Below, in pieces: positions 34,169-44,757 of a stretch of DNA of 64,000 bases. This DNA is from an uncultured delta proteobacterium (GTDB taxonomy: Bacteria > Desulfobacterota > Binatia > UBA9968). Under the pieces are notes generated by a model. The model was not told the origin of the DNA. It did not search any database and was given only the letters and a program-made list of their open reading frames with translations. Every line of letters begins with the position of its first letter. Within the stretch, counting starts at the first letter, position 1. A program made the position numbers and the translations under genes. The DNA lies in contig CAVYTU010000015.1 in the NCBI GenBank assembly GCA_963771465.1, positions 512,001 to 576,000 on the forward strand. The letters are read 5' to 3'.

Positions 34169-35059
34169 ATGGCGCGTAAAATGCGACGAAGGCGATCCTC
34201 GAAAGCGCGAAAAGAGCGCGTCACATCGCGAGCGATCTGGAAGGGTAGTATCGATTTTGGACTAGTCAATATTCCTGTTCGGCTATATTCTGCCGAGTCC
34301 CCTGGGCGAGTGAATTTCGATTTGCTCGATAAGCGAGACTTCGCTCGAATCCGTTATCAACGGGTCAATGAAAAAACTGGACGCGAAGTGCCCTGGGAGC
34401 AAGTCATTAAGGGGTATGAATACAATACGGATGAATATGTTGCCCTTTCCGACGAAGATTTCGCCCGGGCCAATGTCGAAGCAACGCAAACCATCGCGAT
34501 AACCGACTTTGTCGATGCTCATGATGTAAGCCCGGTTTATTACGATAAGCCTTATTTTTTGGAGTCTCCTAAGAGTGGTTTTCGGGCCTACGCCTTGTTG
34601 CGGGAGGTACTGAAAAAAACTGGCAAAGTCGGCATCGCCAAGGTTGTCATTCGGACGCGCCAGCACTTGGCGATGCTATTTGCAGACGGTCCAAGGTTGA
34701 TTTTAAATTTATTGCGATTTCCAAACGAACTGCGCGATGCCTCCGGTCTAGAGATACCTAAGAGCAGCGCGAAAAACGCCGCGGTCTCAACCCAGGAAAT
34801 GAAAATGGCTGAACGGTTGGTCGAGACTATGGTCAGCGAATGGAAACCGGAAAAATATCATGATGAGTATCATGATGACCTGATGAAAATCATCGCCAAG
34901 AAAATCAAAGCGGGCAAAACCAAAGTCATCGAAACAACCAACACCGCGGCAAAGGCGCCGGAGCGCGGTAAGGTCATCGACATCATGCACCTGTTGCGCC
35001 AGAGCATGAAGCAGGCTGACAAAAAATCCGAACGCTCGCACCAGCGTAAAGCGAGCTAG
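34169..35059 (+). CDS. ku: NHEJ DNA end-binding protein Ku
   Basis: RAIWKGSIDFGLVNIPV, IKGYE, YYDKPYFL, basic C-terminal tail; start uncertain. Confidence 0.95.
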   Translation: MARKMRRRRSSKARKERVTSRAIWKGSIDFGLVNIPVRLYSAESPGRVNFDLLDKRDFARIRYQRVNEKTGREVPWEQVIKGYEYNTDEYVALSDEDFARANVEATQTIAITDFVDAHDVSPVYYDKPYFLESPKSGFRAYALLREVLKKTGKVGIAKVVIRTRQHLAMLFADGPRLILNLLRFPNELRDASGLEIPKSSAKNAAVSTQEMKMAERLVETMVSEWKPEKYHDEYHDDLMKIIAKKIKAGKTKVIETTNTAAKAPERGKVIDIMHLLRQSMKQADKKSERSHQRKAS

Positions 35060-35082
35060 AAGCTTGCCCAACTGTCCCAATC

Positions 35083-37614
35083 ATGGAACTGGACACCTAT
35101 CGTCGAAAGCGGAATTTTCAGAAAACTCCCGAACCCTCCGGAAAAAAACGCTCGCGCGGCGCCAAACAATTGTCTTTCGTTGTGCAGAAACATGCGGCAA
35201 GTCAGCTGCACTATGATTTTCGCCTCGAGATCGACGGCGTTTTGGCAAGCTGGGCGATTCCCAAAGGACCCAGCCTCGATCCCGCCCAGCGCCGCCTCGC
35301 TGTTCATGTAGAGGATCACCCGCTCGAATATGGAAAATTCGAAGGGAAGATTCCGAAAGGTCACTACGGCGCTGGCGAGGTCAAAATTTGGGATCGCGGC
35401 GTGTGGATCCCGCAGGACAATCCGCGTACGGCCTTGCGCCAAGGGAAACTCAAATTTCACTTGCAAGGGACGAAACTTTCCGGAGGGTGGAACTTAATTC
35501 GCATGCATGGAAGGTCCGCGAAGGAGGATAAGGACAATTGGCTGTTGATCAAAGAACGCGATGAATCCGCCTCGGCGGCTTTGGTCAATATCGATAGCGC
35601 GGGAAAACAGAGTCAGCAAACTCACTATCGCCGCCGGCGCGTTTCACGCCGTGAAAATGGCGTGAAAACCGCTTCGCCGCGTCGGCTAAAGAAACCCGAG
35701 CTGCCGCCGTTTCTCCGGCCACAATTGGCTACCCTGGTGGACGCCGTTCCACAGGGGGATGAGTGGCTGCATGAGATTAAATTCGATGGGTATCGGGTGC
35801 TGTGCCGAATCCAAAACCGCCGCGCGGCTTTTCTGACGCGCGCAGGCAACGACTGGACCGATCGTTTTGATTTCTTGACCGAAGCCGCTCTAACGCTGCC
35901 CGTCCGCGAGGCGATATTGGACGGCGAGGTGGTGGCGTTGCGCGACGACGGGTCGACGGATTTTCAATTGCTGCAGAATTCTCTAAAAGGCGAGACCGGT
36001 GCAGATCTAGTTTATTTCGTTTTCGATTTGCTCCATCTCGACGGACGCAGCTTGCTGGATGAGCCGTTGGTTGCTCGTAAAGAGATGCTCGAAAAATTGC
36101 TCAAGGCAAATCAGGATAGTAAAAATCGCGATTTGATTCGCTACAGTGCGCACTCCGTCGGCGGCGGCGAGCGGTTATTTAAACAAGCTTGCGAACGGTC
36201 GCTGGAAGGAATCATTTCAAAAAGAGGAGACCAAGCGTATCGTTCAGGTCGAAGTCTCAGTTGGCTCAAAATCAAGTGCACTCAGTCACAGGAATTTGTG
36301 ATTATCGGGTTTACCGATCCCCGCGGGTCGAGAACCGCATTTGGCGCGCTGCTGCTGGGGGTCTACGACGAAGGCGAGACTTTGCGTTATGCCGGCCGGG
36401 TCGGCACTGGATTTACCGACCGAACTTTGGACGAACTGTATCCACGTTTGATGAAGCTATGCCAAGCGCGCTCGCCGCTAAACCAACCGCTGACCGGAAC
36501 GAGTTCCAAGGGCGTTCACTGGATCAAGCCGAAGCTAGTCGGAGAAGTTGCTTTCACCGGTTGGACCGAGGATGGGCTACTGCGCCATCCGTCTTTTCAG
36601 GGGTTGCGCGAAGACAAACCAGCGCGCCGAATCAGCCGCGAAAGGACCCAATCGGTCAAAGTCGCTGCGAGCGCGGCAGCTTCGTCCGCTGACAATTCAC
36701 GACCGAAGTCAGATGCCAAAGGCATCCAGATCGCCGGCATCACGCTGACTCATCCCGATCGTGTGCTTTATCCTGAACAGGGAATTACCAAGCGCGAGTT
36801 GGCCGAATATTATGCGCAGATCGCCGACCGGATCTTGCCGCACGTGAGCGGTCGGGCACTGACTCTAGTGCGTTGTCCGGAAGGACAACAAGGGCAATGC
36901 TTTTTTCAGAGAAATGCCGAAGGCGCCATTTCTCCCGCGATTCGGCGATTGCCTTTGCATGATGGAAAATCGGTGAAAAACGCGCTGATGATCGACTCCA
37001 TTGACGGGCTAATCGCTCTCGTGCAAATGGGTGTTCTGGAAATTCATACCTGGGGTTCGACGGCGAAAAAAATCGACCAGCCTGACCGGCTCACTTTCGA
37101 TCTCGACCCTGGGCCAAAGCTGTCATGGCAGGTCGTACGCCAAGCGGCCTACGAGTTCCGGGCGCATCTTGGAGAATTGGGCTTGCACGGTTTTGTCAAA
37201 ACCACCGGCGGCAAAGGACTGCATATCGTCGTACCGATCGCGCCGACACTCGACTGGGATCGCGCCAAAGCATTTTCCAAAGCGATCGCTGAGCGCATGG
37301 TTGCCGCGGCGCCGGAGCGTTACGTCGCGACGATGTCCAAAGCTAAACGCGTTGGCAAAATTTATATCGACTACCTGCGCAACGCACGCAGCGCCACGGC
37401 GATCTGCGCATACTCGACTCGAGCTCGCCCAGGTGCGCCGGTGGCGTTGCCGCTGCGCTGGGACGAGCTCAAGACTGATCCGCGCGACGACCATTTCAAT
37501 ATTCGCAATGTGGCGGCGCGACTGCGCCGGTCGCGCAGCGATCCGTGGGAGGATTTCGAATCCGCGCGCGAACCGATCAATGCGGCCAAGCTAAGACTCT
37601 TGGGGGTAAAATAA
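35083..37614 (+). CDS. ligD: DNA ligase D (phosphoesterase-ligase-polymerase)
   Basis: VQKHAASQLHYDFRLE, HEIKFDGYR, EGIISK, WLKIK, RCPEG, FDLDP, KTTGGKGLH, IDYLRN. Confidence 0.96.
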   Translation: MELDTYRRKRNFQKTPEPSGKKRSRGAKQLSFVVQKHAASQLHYDFRLEIDGVLASWAIPKGPSLDPAQRRLAVHVEDHPLEYGKFEGKIPKGHYGAGEVKIWDRGVWIPQDNPRTALRQGKLKFHLQGTKLSGGWNLIRMHGRSAKEDKDNWLLIKERDESASAALVNIDSAGKQSQQTHYRRRRVSRRENGVKTASPRRLKKPELPPFLRPQLATLVDAVPQGDEWLHEIKFDGYRVLCRIQNRRAAFLTRAGNDWTDRFDFLTEAALTLPVREAILDGEVVALRDDGSTDFQLLQNSLKGETGADLVYFVFDLLHLDGRSLLDEPLVARKEMLEKLLKANQDSKNRDLIRYSAHSVGGGERLFKQACERSLEGIISKRGDQAYRSGRSLSWLKIKCTQSQEFVIIGFTDPRGSRTAFGALLLGVYDEGETLRYAGRVGTGFTDRTLDELYPRLMKLCQARSPLNQPLTGTSSKGVHWIKPKLVGEVAFTGWTEDGLLRHPSFQGLREDKPARRISRERTQSVKVAASAAASSADNSRPKSDAKGIQIAGITLTHPDRVLYPEQGITKRELAEYYAQIADRILPHVSGRALTLVRCPEGQQGQCFFQRNAEGAISPAIRRLPLHDGKSVKNALMIDSIDGLIALVQMGVLEIHTWGSTAKKIDQPDRLTFDLDPGPKLSWQVVRQAAYEFRAHLGELGLHGFVKTTGGKGLHIVVPIAPTLDWDRAKAFSKAIAERMVAAAPERYVATMSKAKRVGKIYIDYLRNARSATAICAYSTRARPGAPVALPLRWDELKTDPRDDHFNIRNVAARLRRSRSDPWEDFESAREPINAAKLRLLGVK

Positions 37615-37775
37615 AATCTGCCTTGATTGTTTGGCCGCGGTGCCAATTTCGATCGTCTGAAAAAAGGCATTTCTCCTGAGTCCTTTCCCGCCGCTTGTCG
37701 CAAAAATTCCTACGGCTTGAATGACTTCATCTTTCGGCGCTGGGATTACTGTCCGAAATTATTGAGTTTTAGTAG

Positions 37776-37790
37776 TGGCATAGGGTTTGC
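37776..37790 (+). promoter_or_regulatory. Sigma-54 promoter
   Basis: TGGCATAGGGTTTGC; UAS-like TGTCGCAAAAATTCCTACG at 37696-37714. Confidence 0.85.
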
Positions 37791-37866
37791 GTTTTTTGCA
37801 ATCAATCATTCATCAACTACCCAGTGATGAACGGTTTTTTTCACCTAACGTAGCGAGGAAATCATT

Positions 37867-38661
37867 ATGCAAACTGTCACCGGCATTTTTACTTCCTTCG
37901 AGCAGGCCCGGCGTAGCGCGCAGGAGCTTAGTGCGCAGGGATTTTCCGATGATCAAATCAATTTACTTGCCCCGGGTTCATCAGTCGCAGATATCGAGAC
38001 GATTCCATCTACCGAAGGCGAGCAGCCGGGAATGGGCAAGGCTGTTGGAGGTGTCGTCGGTGCCGCGGTTGGGACCGCCGCCGGCGTGCCGCTTGGCATG
38101 TCGATCGCGGCCGCGGTCGTTCCTGGAGTTGGACCCGCCGTTGCGATCGGTTTGGCGGCAGCGACTCTATTGGGTATCGGCGGGGCCATCGGCGGCGGCG
38201 CCGCCGGCGGCAGCTTGGAAAGCGCGCTTACCGACGGATTGCCGAAGGATGAGATCTTCGTTTATGAAGATGCTTTACGTCAGGGACGGACCGTCATGCT
38301 CGCGTTGGCCAATGATGACGATCAAACCGAAAGCGCTCGGCGAATCTTGCAGCGCAACGGCGCGGAAAGTATCGATGCCGCACGGGAGCAGTGGTGGATC
38401 GGCATGCGCGACGCAGAGAAAGAGCATTACACCAGCCAGGGACAAGACTTCGCGCAGGATGAAAACGAATATCGTCTCGGATTCGAGTCCGCGCTTCGCT
38501 CCCAAACGCGCGGTATTTCCTATGACGAAGCTAAAAGCTATCTGAAAAATAGCTATCCAAATATTTATCAGAAAGAGGCATTTCGTTGCGGTTACGAACG
38601 TGGACAAGTCTATCGCCGCAGTCTGACTGTCGAGCCCGTCGACCATCCAAGAAATAATTAG
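37867..38661 (+). CDS. General stress protein-like membrane protein with Gly-rich hairpin
   Basis: VTGIF...A...L...GF, VPGVGP, GLPKDEIFVYEDALRQG. Confidence 0.75.
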   Translation: MQTVTGIFTSFEQARRSAQELSAQGFSDDQINLLAPGSSVADIETIPSTEGEQPGMGKAVGGVVGAAVGTAAGVPLGMSIAAAVVPGVGPAVAIGLAAATLLGIGGAIGGGAAGGSLESALTDGLPKDEIFVYEDALRQGRTVMLALANDDDQTESARRILQRNGAESIDAAREQWWIGMRDAEKEHYTSQGQDFAQDENEYRLGFESALRSQTRGISYDEAKSYLKNSYPNIYQKEAFRCGYERGQVYRRSLTVEPVDHPRNN

Positions 38662-38664
38662 ACC

Positions 38665-40413
38665 ATGGCCAATACAGCTGCGGATATTCTTCTTGATACC
38701 ATTCACGACTGGGGTGTGGAGGTCATCTTCGGCCTCCCGGGTGACGGTATCAATGGCATCATCGAAGGATTGCGCCAGCGCGAAAAACAGATTCGTTTCA
38801 TCCAGGTACGCCACGAAGAGTCAGCGGCCTTTATGGCCTGTGCCTATGCCAAATACACCGGCAAACTCGGCGTTTGTCTAGCCACGTCCGGACCCGGCGG
38901 TATTCATCTCTTGAACGGTCTGTACGATGCCAAGCTTGATGGCCAGCCCGTACTAGCGATCACCGGACATCATTTCCATGATTTGATCGATACCCATGCC
39001 CAACAGGACGTGAATCTCGACCGACTTTTTGCCGACGTTGCGGTTTATAACACCCGGATTATGGGTGCGAGCCACGTCGAAAACGTCGCCGACCTTGCCT
39101 GTCGGACCGCCCTGAGCTACCGCGGTGTAGCGCACATTAACTTTCCGGTGGATTTACAAGAACAGACCGGTGGCGAACGTTCCAAAAGAAACATCCCGGC
39201 ACATACGTCGCATGCTCAAGGCAGGCGCGCGCGCATTCCGCTAGAAGCGGACGTGCGTCGCGCCGCAGAAATCTTAAATGCTGGAAAGCGCGTCGCAATC
39301 CTGTGCGGCCAAGGCGCCTTGCAAGCCACCGCACAACTGGAGGAGGTTGCGTCGCTACTCGGCGCGCCCATAATCAAAGCGTTGCTTGGCAAAGCAGCTG
39401 TGCCGGACGATAGTCCATATACCACCGGGGCCATCGGCTTGCTGGGCACCAAACCTTCGCAGGAGGCTTTGGAGGACTGCGACACGATTCTCATGGTTGG
39501 CACATCGTTCCCCTATATCGAGTTCTTACCCAAACCGGGCCAAGCGCGCGGGGTGCAGATCGATCTCGATCCGGCGCGGATCGGTTTGCGTTATCCGGTC
39601 GAAGTCGGTCTCGTCGGTGATAGCAGCGATACGCTCGCGGCGCTGTTACCGTCTCTCGAACGTAAAGAGGATCGCAGTTTTCTCGATCGAGCCCAGGCAG
39701 GAATGAAAAAATGGTGGAGTCTGATGGAAGAAGTGGGCACCCGAAAAGACAAACCCATGAAACCGCAGGTGGTCGCGTGGGAACTCGGCCGTCGCATCGC
39801 CGACGATGCCATCGTCTCCTGCGATTCCGGTACGATCGCCACTTGGTTCGCGCGCCAAATACCAGTCCGGCGCGGCCAGATGTATTCTCTATCCGGTACG
39901 CTGGCATCAATGGCCAATGGGCTCCCCTATGCGATCGCGGCCCAAGTCGCTTATCCCGAGCGTCAGTGCATCGCCTTTGTCGGCGACGGCGGTTTCTCGA
40001 TGCTGATGGCAGAGTTCGTCACGGCGGTCAAATACCAACTGCCGATCAAAGTGATCATCATCAAAAATAATAGTTTGGGGATGATCAAGTGGGAACAAAT
40101 GGTTTTCCTCGGCAATCCGGAGTTTGGTTGTGAGCTACAGCCGATTAACTTCGCCGCTTTCGCCCAAGCCTGTGGCGGCATCGGCATGACCATCGAGGAT
40201 CCGGAACAGTGCGGTTCTGTGATCGATCAAGCGCTTGCGGCCGAGGGACCGGTCATCGTCGAAGCGATAGTCGACCCATTTACGCCGCCCGCACCGGCGA
40301 AAATCACGATGGAACAAGCCGCTCATTTCGCTCAGTCCCTCGCGCGCGGCGAGCCTAATCGGAGCAAAATTGCCTGGACCGTTTTGTCCGACAAAGTGCG
40401 TGAGATTGTCTAA
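38665..40413 (+). CDS. Pyruvate oxidase/PoxB-like TPP-dependent enzyme
   Basis: FGLPGDGING, RHEESAAF, SGPGGIHLLNGLYDA, TPP motif GDGGF...NN. Confidence 0.9.
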   Translation: MANTAADILLDTIHDWGVEVIFGLPGDGINGIIEGLRQREKQIRFIQVRHEESAAFMACAYAKYTGKLGVCLATSGPGGIHLLNGLYDAKLDGQPVLAITGHHFHDLIDTHAQQDVNLDRLFADVAVYNTRIMGASHVENVADLACRTALSYRGVAHINFPVDLQEQTGGERSKRNIPAHTSHAQGRRARIPLEADVRRAAEILNAGKRVAILCGQGALQATAQLEEVASLLGAPIIKALLGKAAVPDDSPYTTGAIGLLGTKPSQEALEDCDTILMVGTSFPYIEFLPKPGQARGVQIDLDPARIGLRYPVEVGLVGDSSDTLAALLPSLERKEDRSFLDRAQAGMKKWWSLMEEVGTRKDKPMKPQVVAWELGRRIADDAIVSCDSGTIATWFARQIPVRRGQMYSLSGTLASMANGLPYAIAAQVAYPERQCIAFVGDGGFSMLMAEFVTAVKYQLPIKVIIIKNNSLGMIKWEQMVFLGNPEFGCELQPINFAAFAQACGGIGMTIEDPEQCGSVIDQALAAEGPVIVEAIVDPFTPPAPAKITMEQAAHFAQSLARGEPNRSKIAWTVLSDKVREIV

Positions 40414-40640
40414 GCGGTCGAGCAATTCGTACTTCAACCCTGTGAATAGTCGGTAAACCATCAAGTCATCCACACTGCACGGGATAGGTCTGCGAAACTA
40501 TGAGCCAGCGATTGGCTTATCGGCCTTTTACCTTACGGCAATGATGAATGTTAGGAAAATTCTGCCGATAATTTCCTATAAATCCCATCTATTTTTCTTC
40601 ACAACAAACCTTTCAATAGAGTTTTTTTGCGATTTGCCAT

Positions 40641-40655
40641 TGGCACGTTCTTTGA
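40641..40655 (+). promoter_or_regulatory. Sigma-54-like promoter (variant -12 GA)
   Basis: TGGCACGTTCTTTGA; UAS-like GTTAGGAAAATTC and ATAATTTCCTA at about 40550-40578. Confidence 0.55.
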
Positions 40656-40686
40656 GAACGGTCCTAGTAGAAGGAGAATTACACTT

Positions 40687-41388
40687 ATGAAGCCGTTGAA
40701 ATCATGTTGGCGTTGGCATGCTCGGTCATTATCTTCAATCGCCCTAATCGCAGGTTTATTCGCATTGGCCAGCTGCGTAGCAATAGAAACAGAAACCGTA
40801 AGACCAACGTTGGATGAAGTGCGAATGGGCAATGTTCGAGGACCGGCAATTGAAGACACTGCTTTGCGACCGGGCGAGATCGCGGCCGATATAACCGAAG
40901 TGAACCGCTCGCGGCAGGAACTCTATCTGGTTACCGACAACGGCCAACGGCAAGTAGTGCCTTTTGATTACAAAATATCCAGAGTAATTTACCATGGCCG
41001 CGAGTATAACGTGGACCACCTTGAGGCGGGCGATCGCGTCGCGTATCTACCGACATCGCGTGGGCGTAGCTTCATCGACGTCATTCGAATTCAGGAACCG
41101 GTCCAAGCTCGTTCCGGCGCGCGCTTTGCGCGCTCGAATCCGCCGCCCCAGCCCAGAACCGACATCGTGGAAGGGACTGTGGATAGAGTTGACGCAAATC
41201 TTGGAGTCTTCGATGTGACGCCTCGAACCGGTCGAAGAGTTACCGTATCGGTTCCATACAATGCCCGTCAATCCGACGTCGAAAGTTTTCGAAGGCTGCG
41301 ACGGGGTGACGTGGTGCGAATCGAGGGTGAGTTTGTCAGTTCGGAAAATTTACAATTACTGGCGTTTCTATCGTCGCGTGATCGATAA
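40687..41388 (+). CDS. Lipoprotein with two OB-fold-like (DUF5666-like) repeats
   Basis: Lipobox LASC; repeated LEAGDRV and LRRGDVVRIEG. Confidence 0.7.
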   Translation: MKPLKSCWRWHARSLSSIALIAGLFALASCVAIETETVRPTLDEVRMGNVRGPAIEDTALRPGEIAADITEVNRSRQELYLVTDNGQRQVVPFDYKISRVIYHGREYNVDHLEAGDRVAYLPTSRGRSFIDVIRIQEPVQARSGARFARSNPPPQPRTDIVEGTVDRVDANLGVFDVTPRTGRRVTVSVPYNARQSDVESFRRLRRGDVVRIEGEFVSSENLQLLAFLSSRDR

Positions 41389-41518
41389 AGTATTTAATCA
41401 ACGAATTCTTTCGAAAAGGCGTTCCTTTGGGAAAACCTTTTTCTAGATTGTCACGGCATGGATTTTCGGTTCTCTATTTTCTGCTAACTTGCTAACACTC
41501 GAAGTTGAGGAGGGCATT

Positions 41519-41809
41519 ATGAACACGGTTCGACTGATTTTCGTCAAGGTGGATCCAGCACAGGCTAAAGAAGCGGAAAAGATTTGGAAGCAGCACTGCG
41601 CGCCGTTGATGATCAAGGAACCGGGATGCGTCACGGAAAAGCTCTTACGCTGCACGGACGATCCAGGCGAATTCATCTCCTATTCGGAATGGCAGGACCA
41701 GCAAAGTATCGATAAATATCGCGCCGGCAAAGCCCACGAAGAGATTAAACGTCACTCGGACTCTCTCAAAAGCGGACGGCCAGTGGTTAAACGCTATGAC
41801 GTGGTTTGA
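41519..41809 (+). CDS. Antibiotic biosynthesis monooxygenase (ABM) family protein
   Basis: EPGC...PGEFISYSEW...Y...H ferredoxin-like pattern. Confidence 0.85.
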   Translation: MNTVRLIFVKVDPAQAKEAEKIWKQHCAPLMIKEPGCVTEKLLRCTDDPGEFISYSEWQDQQSIDKYRAGKAHEEIKRHSDSLKSGRPVVKRYDVV

Positions 41810-41860
41810 TTGAGTGAGCCGACCAGCGGTCTTTCTTCGGGTGGTGGTTACGCTTTTTAC

Positions 41861-42115
41861 ATGAAAGTCTTGATCGAAATGTCGCCAGAGCAATATGAAT
41901 TGTTCGTGGCAGAATGTGATATAAAGTCTCCCGAGTATTCAATTTTGAAAAACGCGATCGTGCCCCGGGAGGGCGATCCGGCTTACGACGGCCGTGCGAT
42001 TAGCCTCCTATGCGACAAAGACGAGGCGACCCAGCTGCTTCAAGCCGCCAGACGGTTGTATCCCGACGCCGCGGCCTCTATCGCCAAGGCTATAGATCAA
42101 GCGGGGGAGTCATGA
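41861..42115 (+). CDS. Small hypothetical protein (paralog of 45451-45693)
   Basis: Shared pattern MK..IE...C...A..LL..AR...P.A...I..AI. Confidence 0.6.
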   Translation: MKVLIEMSPEQYELFVAECDIKSPEYSILKNAIVPREGDPAYDGRAISLLCDKDEATQLLQAARRLYPDAAASIAKAIDQAGES

Positions 42116-42176
42116 CCATCGAATGCAGATGTCCAAAATTTCCTTGGGCATTCTGCCGCGGTCTCTCTTCACTGTA

Positions 42177-42572
42177 TTAATTGTCCTCGCGCTTCAAATC
42201 GACACCAAGCTTCGCGGCGGTCTTGTCGTCCAAAACTCCGGTTGCTGGCAAGTTGTTCTGTTTTTGGAACTTCGCCAACGCTTCCTGAGTGCTTTCATCC
42301 AATTTGCCATCATTTCCTGGGTTTAACCCTCGGGCCCGAAGCGCTTCCTGTGCGAGCTTAATATGGGTCGGCTTAATGACCATTTTTTCTTCGATGATCT
42401 CAGCCGGACGACTGGTCGGCGGAAGCGGCATTTCTTCCGGAAGACCGGGGTGCGGACGGGGAGTCATCGGTCCAGGAATGTCGCGCCCAATGTCGGGTTT
42501 GCTCTGTGCGCCCACTGGAACACTTGCGCCTAAAACCATAAAGATCAGAAATACTTGATCGCGCGTTTTCAT
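42177..42572 (-). CDS. Secreted peptidoglycan-binding-domain protein
   Basis: Signal peptide; AQEALRARGLNPG.DG...TQEALAKFQ..NNLPATG.LD..T. Confidence 0.85.
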   Translation of the reverse strand: MKTRDQVFLIFMVLGASVPVGAQSKPDIGRDIPGPMTPRPHPGLPEEMPLPPTSRPAEIIEEKMVIKPTHIKLAQEALRARGLNPGNDGKLDESTQEALAKFQKQNNLPATGVLDDKTAAKLGVDLKREDN

Positions 42573-42656
42573 ACTGTCTCCTTTCTTCCCCGCACTAATC
42601 GTCTGATTGATGCGGGGCCCTTCGATTGCTGAAGTACAATCCAGAATCACAACGGA

Positions 42657-43445
42657 TCATAAATACTTTCGCCCTGCGATCGGATCTGGAACGTCCAAGC
42701 CCATCTGTTGAATGAGTGGGTCCACTTCTTTTTTAAATTCCCAACGTGCCTGAGTATTGTTCCGGCGTTTTAAGCCCCAGTGACAATATCGATTCGACCG
42801 ATCTGAATCAGAGCGGCCGAACATGTCGAGCGCTTTGACGTACCAAAAGTCAATGCTCTTTTGAATGTTTTCTTTTTGTTCGCCTCCCTTGAGGGCCAAC
42901 TCTGCAACTTGGTTCGTACCAAAACCGATATGACCCACTTCCTCTTTGAGGATTTCTGGCAAAATTCTCTGCAGCGGCAAGTAACTACAGTCGAGAAATT
43001 CTTCCAGTTGAAAACGGCCGACGCGATCGATCAAAAATCCGAACGCCGCGAAATCCTCCCATGATTGAATCCACCCGCGAAATGCTTCTAAATAGCGCTT
43101 TTGATTTGGGATACTGAGCAAATAAGAAGTGTCTACACCGATCTCTCCCGCGAGCAATGCGATTTTTCGGTAATGGTCCATTTCTTCGGCCGCGGTACGA
43201 GCAACAATTAACTGATCAACCTTAGTCGGCGCGGTCAGAAGTATATCTTTTACATACAAATGGGGCCCGCCGATTTCGCAATCCGCTTGAATCGTCAATA
43301 CTCGAGCGAGAAGTTGTTGGTATTCGTCGGGCATCGTATTTAGAGTATTACGATCGATTTTGTCTTCAAACATTTTCTGCTCCAAATCGTCCTTACTCCC
43401 AAGAGAAGCAAAGGGCATACCAAAGGGACGTCGCGCAAGTGCCAA
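42657..43445 (-). CDS. PaaA/PaaC-like ferritin-superfamily diiron protein
   Basis: QADCEIGG, APT, EEMDH, SWEDF, SYLPL, EEVGH, WY.KALDMFG; start uncertain. Confidence 0.75.
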   Translation of the reverse strand: MALARRPFGMPFASLGSKDDLEQKMFEDKIDRNTLNTMPDEYQQLLARVLTIQADCEIGGPHLYVKDILLTAPTKVDQLIVARTAAEEMDHYRKIALLAGEIGVDTSYLLSIPNQKRYLEAFRGWIQSWEDFAAFGFLIDRVGRFQLEEFLDCSYLPLQRILPEILKEEVGHIGFGTNQVAELALKGGEQKENIQKSIDFWYVKALDMFGRSDSDRSNRYCHWGLKRRNNTQARWEFKKEVDPLIQQMGLDVPDPIAGRKYL

Positions 43446-43596
43446 AAGGGCTACTTTTTAGTGCTGCATAAGAGCCAGATTGCCCTCACCTTGAACAAAA
43501 GTTACGCGAGAAAAAGGCCGGACGAAATGGTAAAAAAAGGCCGACGAGAAAGAGGCTCCTAGAGAGGAGAGTGCGGACGATTCAGCTAACACCGCT

Positions 43597-44244
43597 TTAA
43601 CGGCCGCTGTCGAGTAGATAATTAGCGACTAATTTCATGTCAGCCAGAAAGTGCCGATACTCTTTTTCTTGCTCGCTCTTATCGCGCTGTCGCAAAATAG
43701 CTGAAGGATGGATGGTGACTAGGACAATCCCATCCTTCTCGTCGTCGAGAAATTTGCCTCGCTCCTTAGCAATCCCTATCACTTTCCCCAACATCGCTTG
43801 AGCAGCGGTGACGCCCAGGCACACTACCAGTCGAGGCTGAACGACTGCTAATTCTGCGCGTAGCCATGGCTTGCACGCTATCACCTGCCGTAGCACCGGT
43901 CGTTGATGCATGCGTCGCTTGCCTCGCTGAATCCATCTGAAATGTTTTACCGCGTTGGTGACGTATACATCTTCGCGCCGGATATCGGCTTCGGCTAGTG
44001 CTTTGTCTAGTATCCTTCCGGCTGGGCCGACAAATGGGCGGCCTTGTCGATCTTCCATGTCGCCTGGCTGTTCACCAACTAAAGCCACTCGCGCTTCTTT
44101 TGGCCCATCACCGAATACCGTTTGTGTAGCGTTTCTGTAAAGGTCGCACCCTTCACACGAACGAGCTGCCTCGCGCAATGATTTGAGTGAACGCCTAGTC
44201 GGTAGGAACTCTTCAGCTGAAGTTTGTCGATGTGTCGTCAGCAT
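43597..44244 (-). CDS. UdgX-type family-4 uracil-DNA glycosylase
   Basis: CEGCDL Fe-S ligands, [13 protein letters not shown]-loop KHFRW..RGKRRMH, TIHPSA. Confidence 0.9.
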   Translation of the reverse strand: MLTTHRQTSAEEFLPTRRSLKSLREAARSCEGCDLYRNATQTVFGDGPKEARVALVGEQPGDMEDRQGRPFVGPAGRILDKALAEADIRREDVYVTNAVKHFRWIQRGKRRMHQRPVLRQVIACKPWLRAELAVVQPRLVVCLGVTAAQAMLGKVIGIAKERGKFLDDEKDGIVLVTIHPSAILRQRDKSEQEKEYRHFLADMKLVANYLLDSGR

Positions 44245-44296
44245 GTCTTCCCGCCATGATGCCGAGTAACGGATATGGCAGCACATTTTTAAGTGA

Positions 44297-44311
44297 GCAA
44301 GTAGGAAGCCA
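44297..44311 (-). promoter_or_regulatory. Sigma-54 promoter of the UdgX gene
   Basis: TGGCTTCCTACTTGC, about 50 bp upstream of the ATG at 44244. Confidence 0.6.
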
Positions 44312-44669
44312 AACCTCGCCGCGACATCATGGCCGAGAAAGAGTGTTCGGCGACGCTCCGCAGAACGCACATCAAATTGATGATCGCTTATCGCTTTCAA
44401 TTTAAACAAACTCATATGACAGCCGCTAAAACCAAAGACGTGCACACCGAAAGTTAACTGTTGTATGCCCCATGGTTTGATCCATAGAAGGATGACCCGT
44501 TCACGTTCGTTCACGCCGTAGCGATAATTAGAGTGCTAATGACACGCTGTCTGTCATTCACCTACTTCCTTGCTTTTTTTGTATGTAAAAATCCTCGGCT
44601 TTTTTTCGGCGCTCGACTGAGTTTTAGAAAAGCTAAACAAAGCACGGTAGTACTCGGGGGCGAATTTTT

Positions 44670-44684
44670 TGGCATGTTGGTTGC
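44670..44684 (+). promoter_or_regulatory. Sigma-54 promoter
   Basis: TGGCATGTTGGTTGC; UAS-like TGTATGTAAAAATCCTCGG at 44580-44598. Confidence 0.85.
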
Positions 44685-44757
44685 GTTACTTTGTAGTAGG
44701 GCTTGAATGAAAACAGTCGCGGATACACGCGGCGTTAACCAAGGAAAGGAGATAATT

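Noticed and set aside
43506-43520. CGGCCTTTTTCTCGC as promoter of the PaaA-like gene
   Set aside because: The spacing is correct, but with three mismatches it is within chance.
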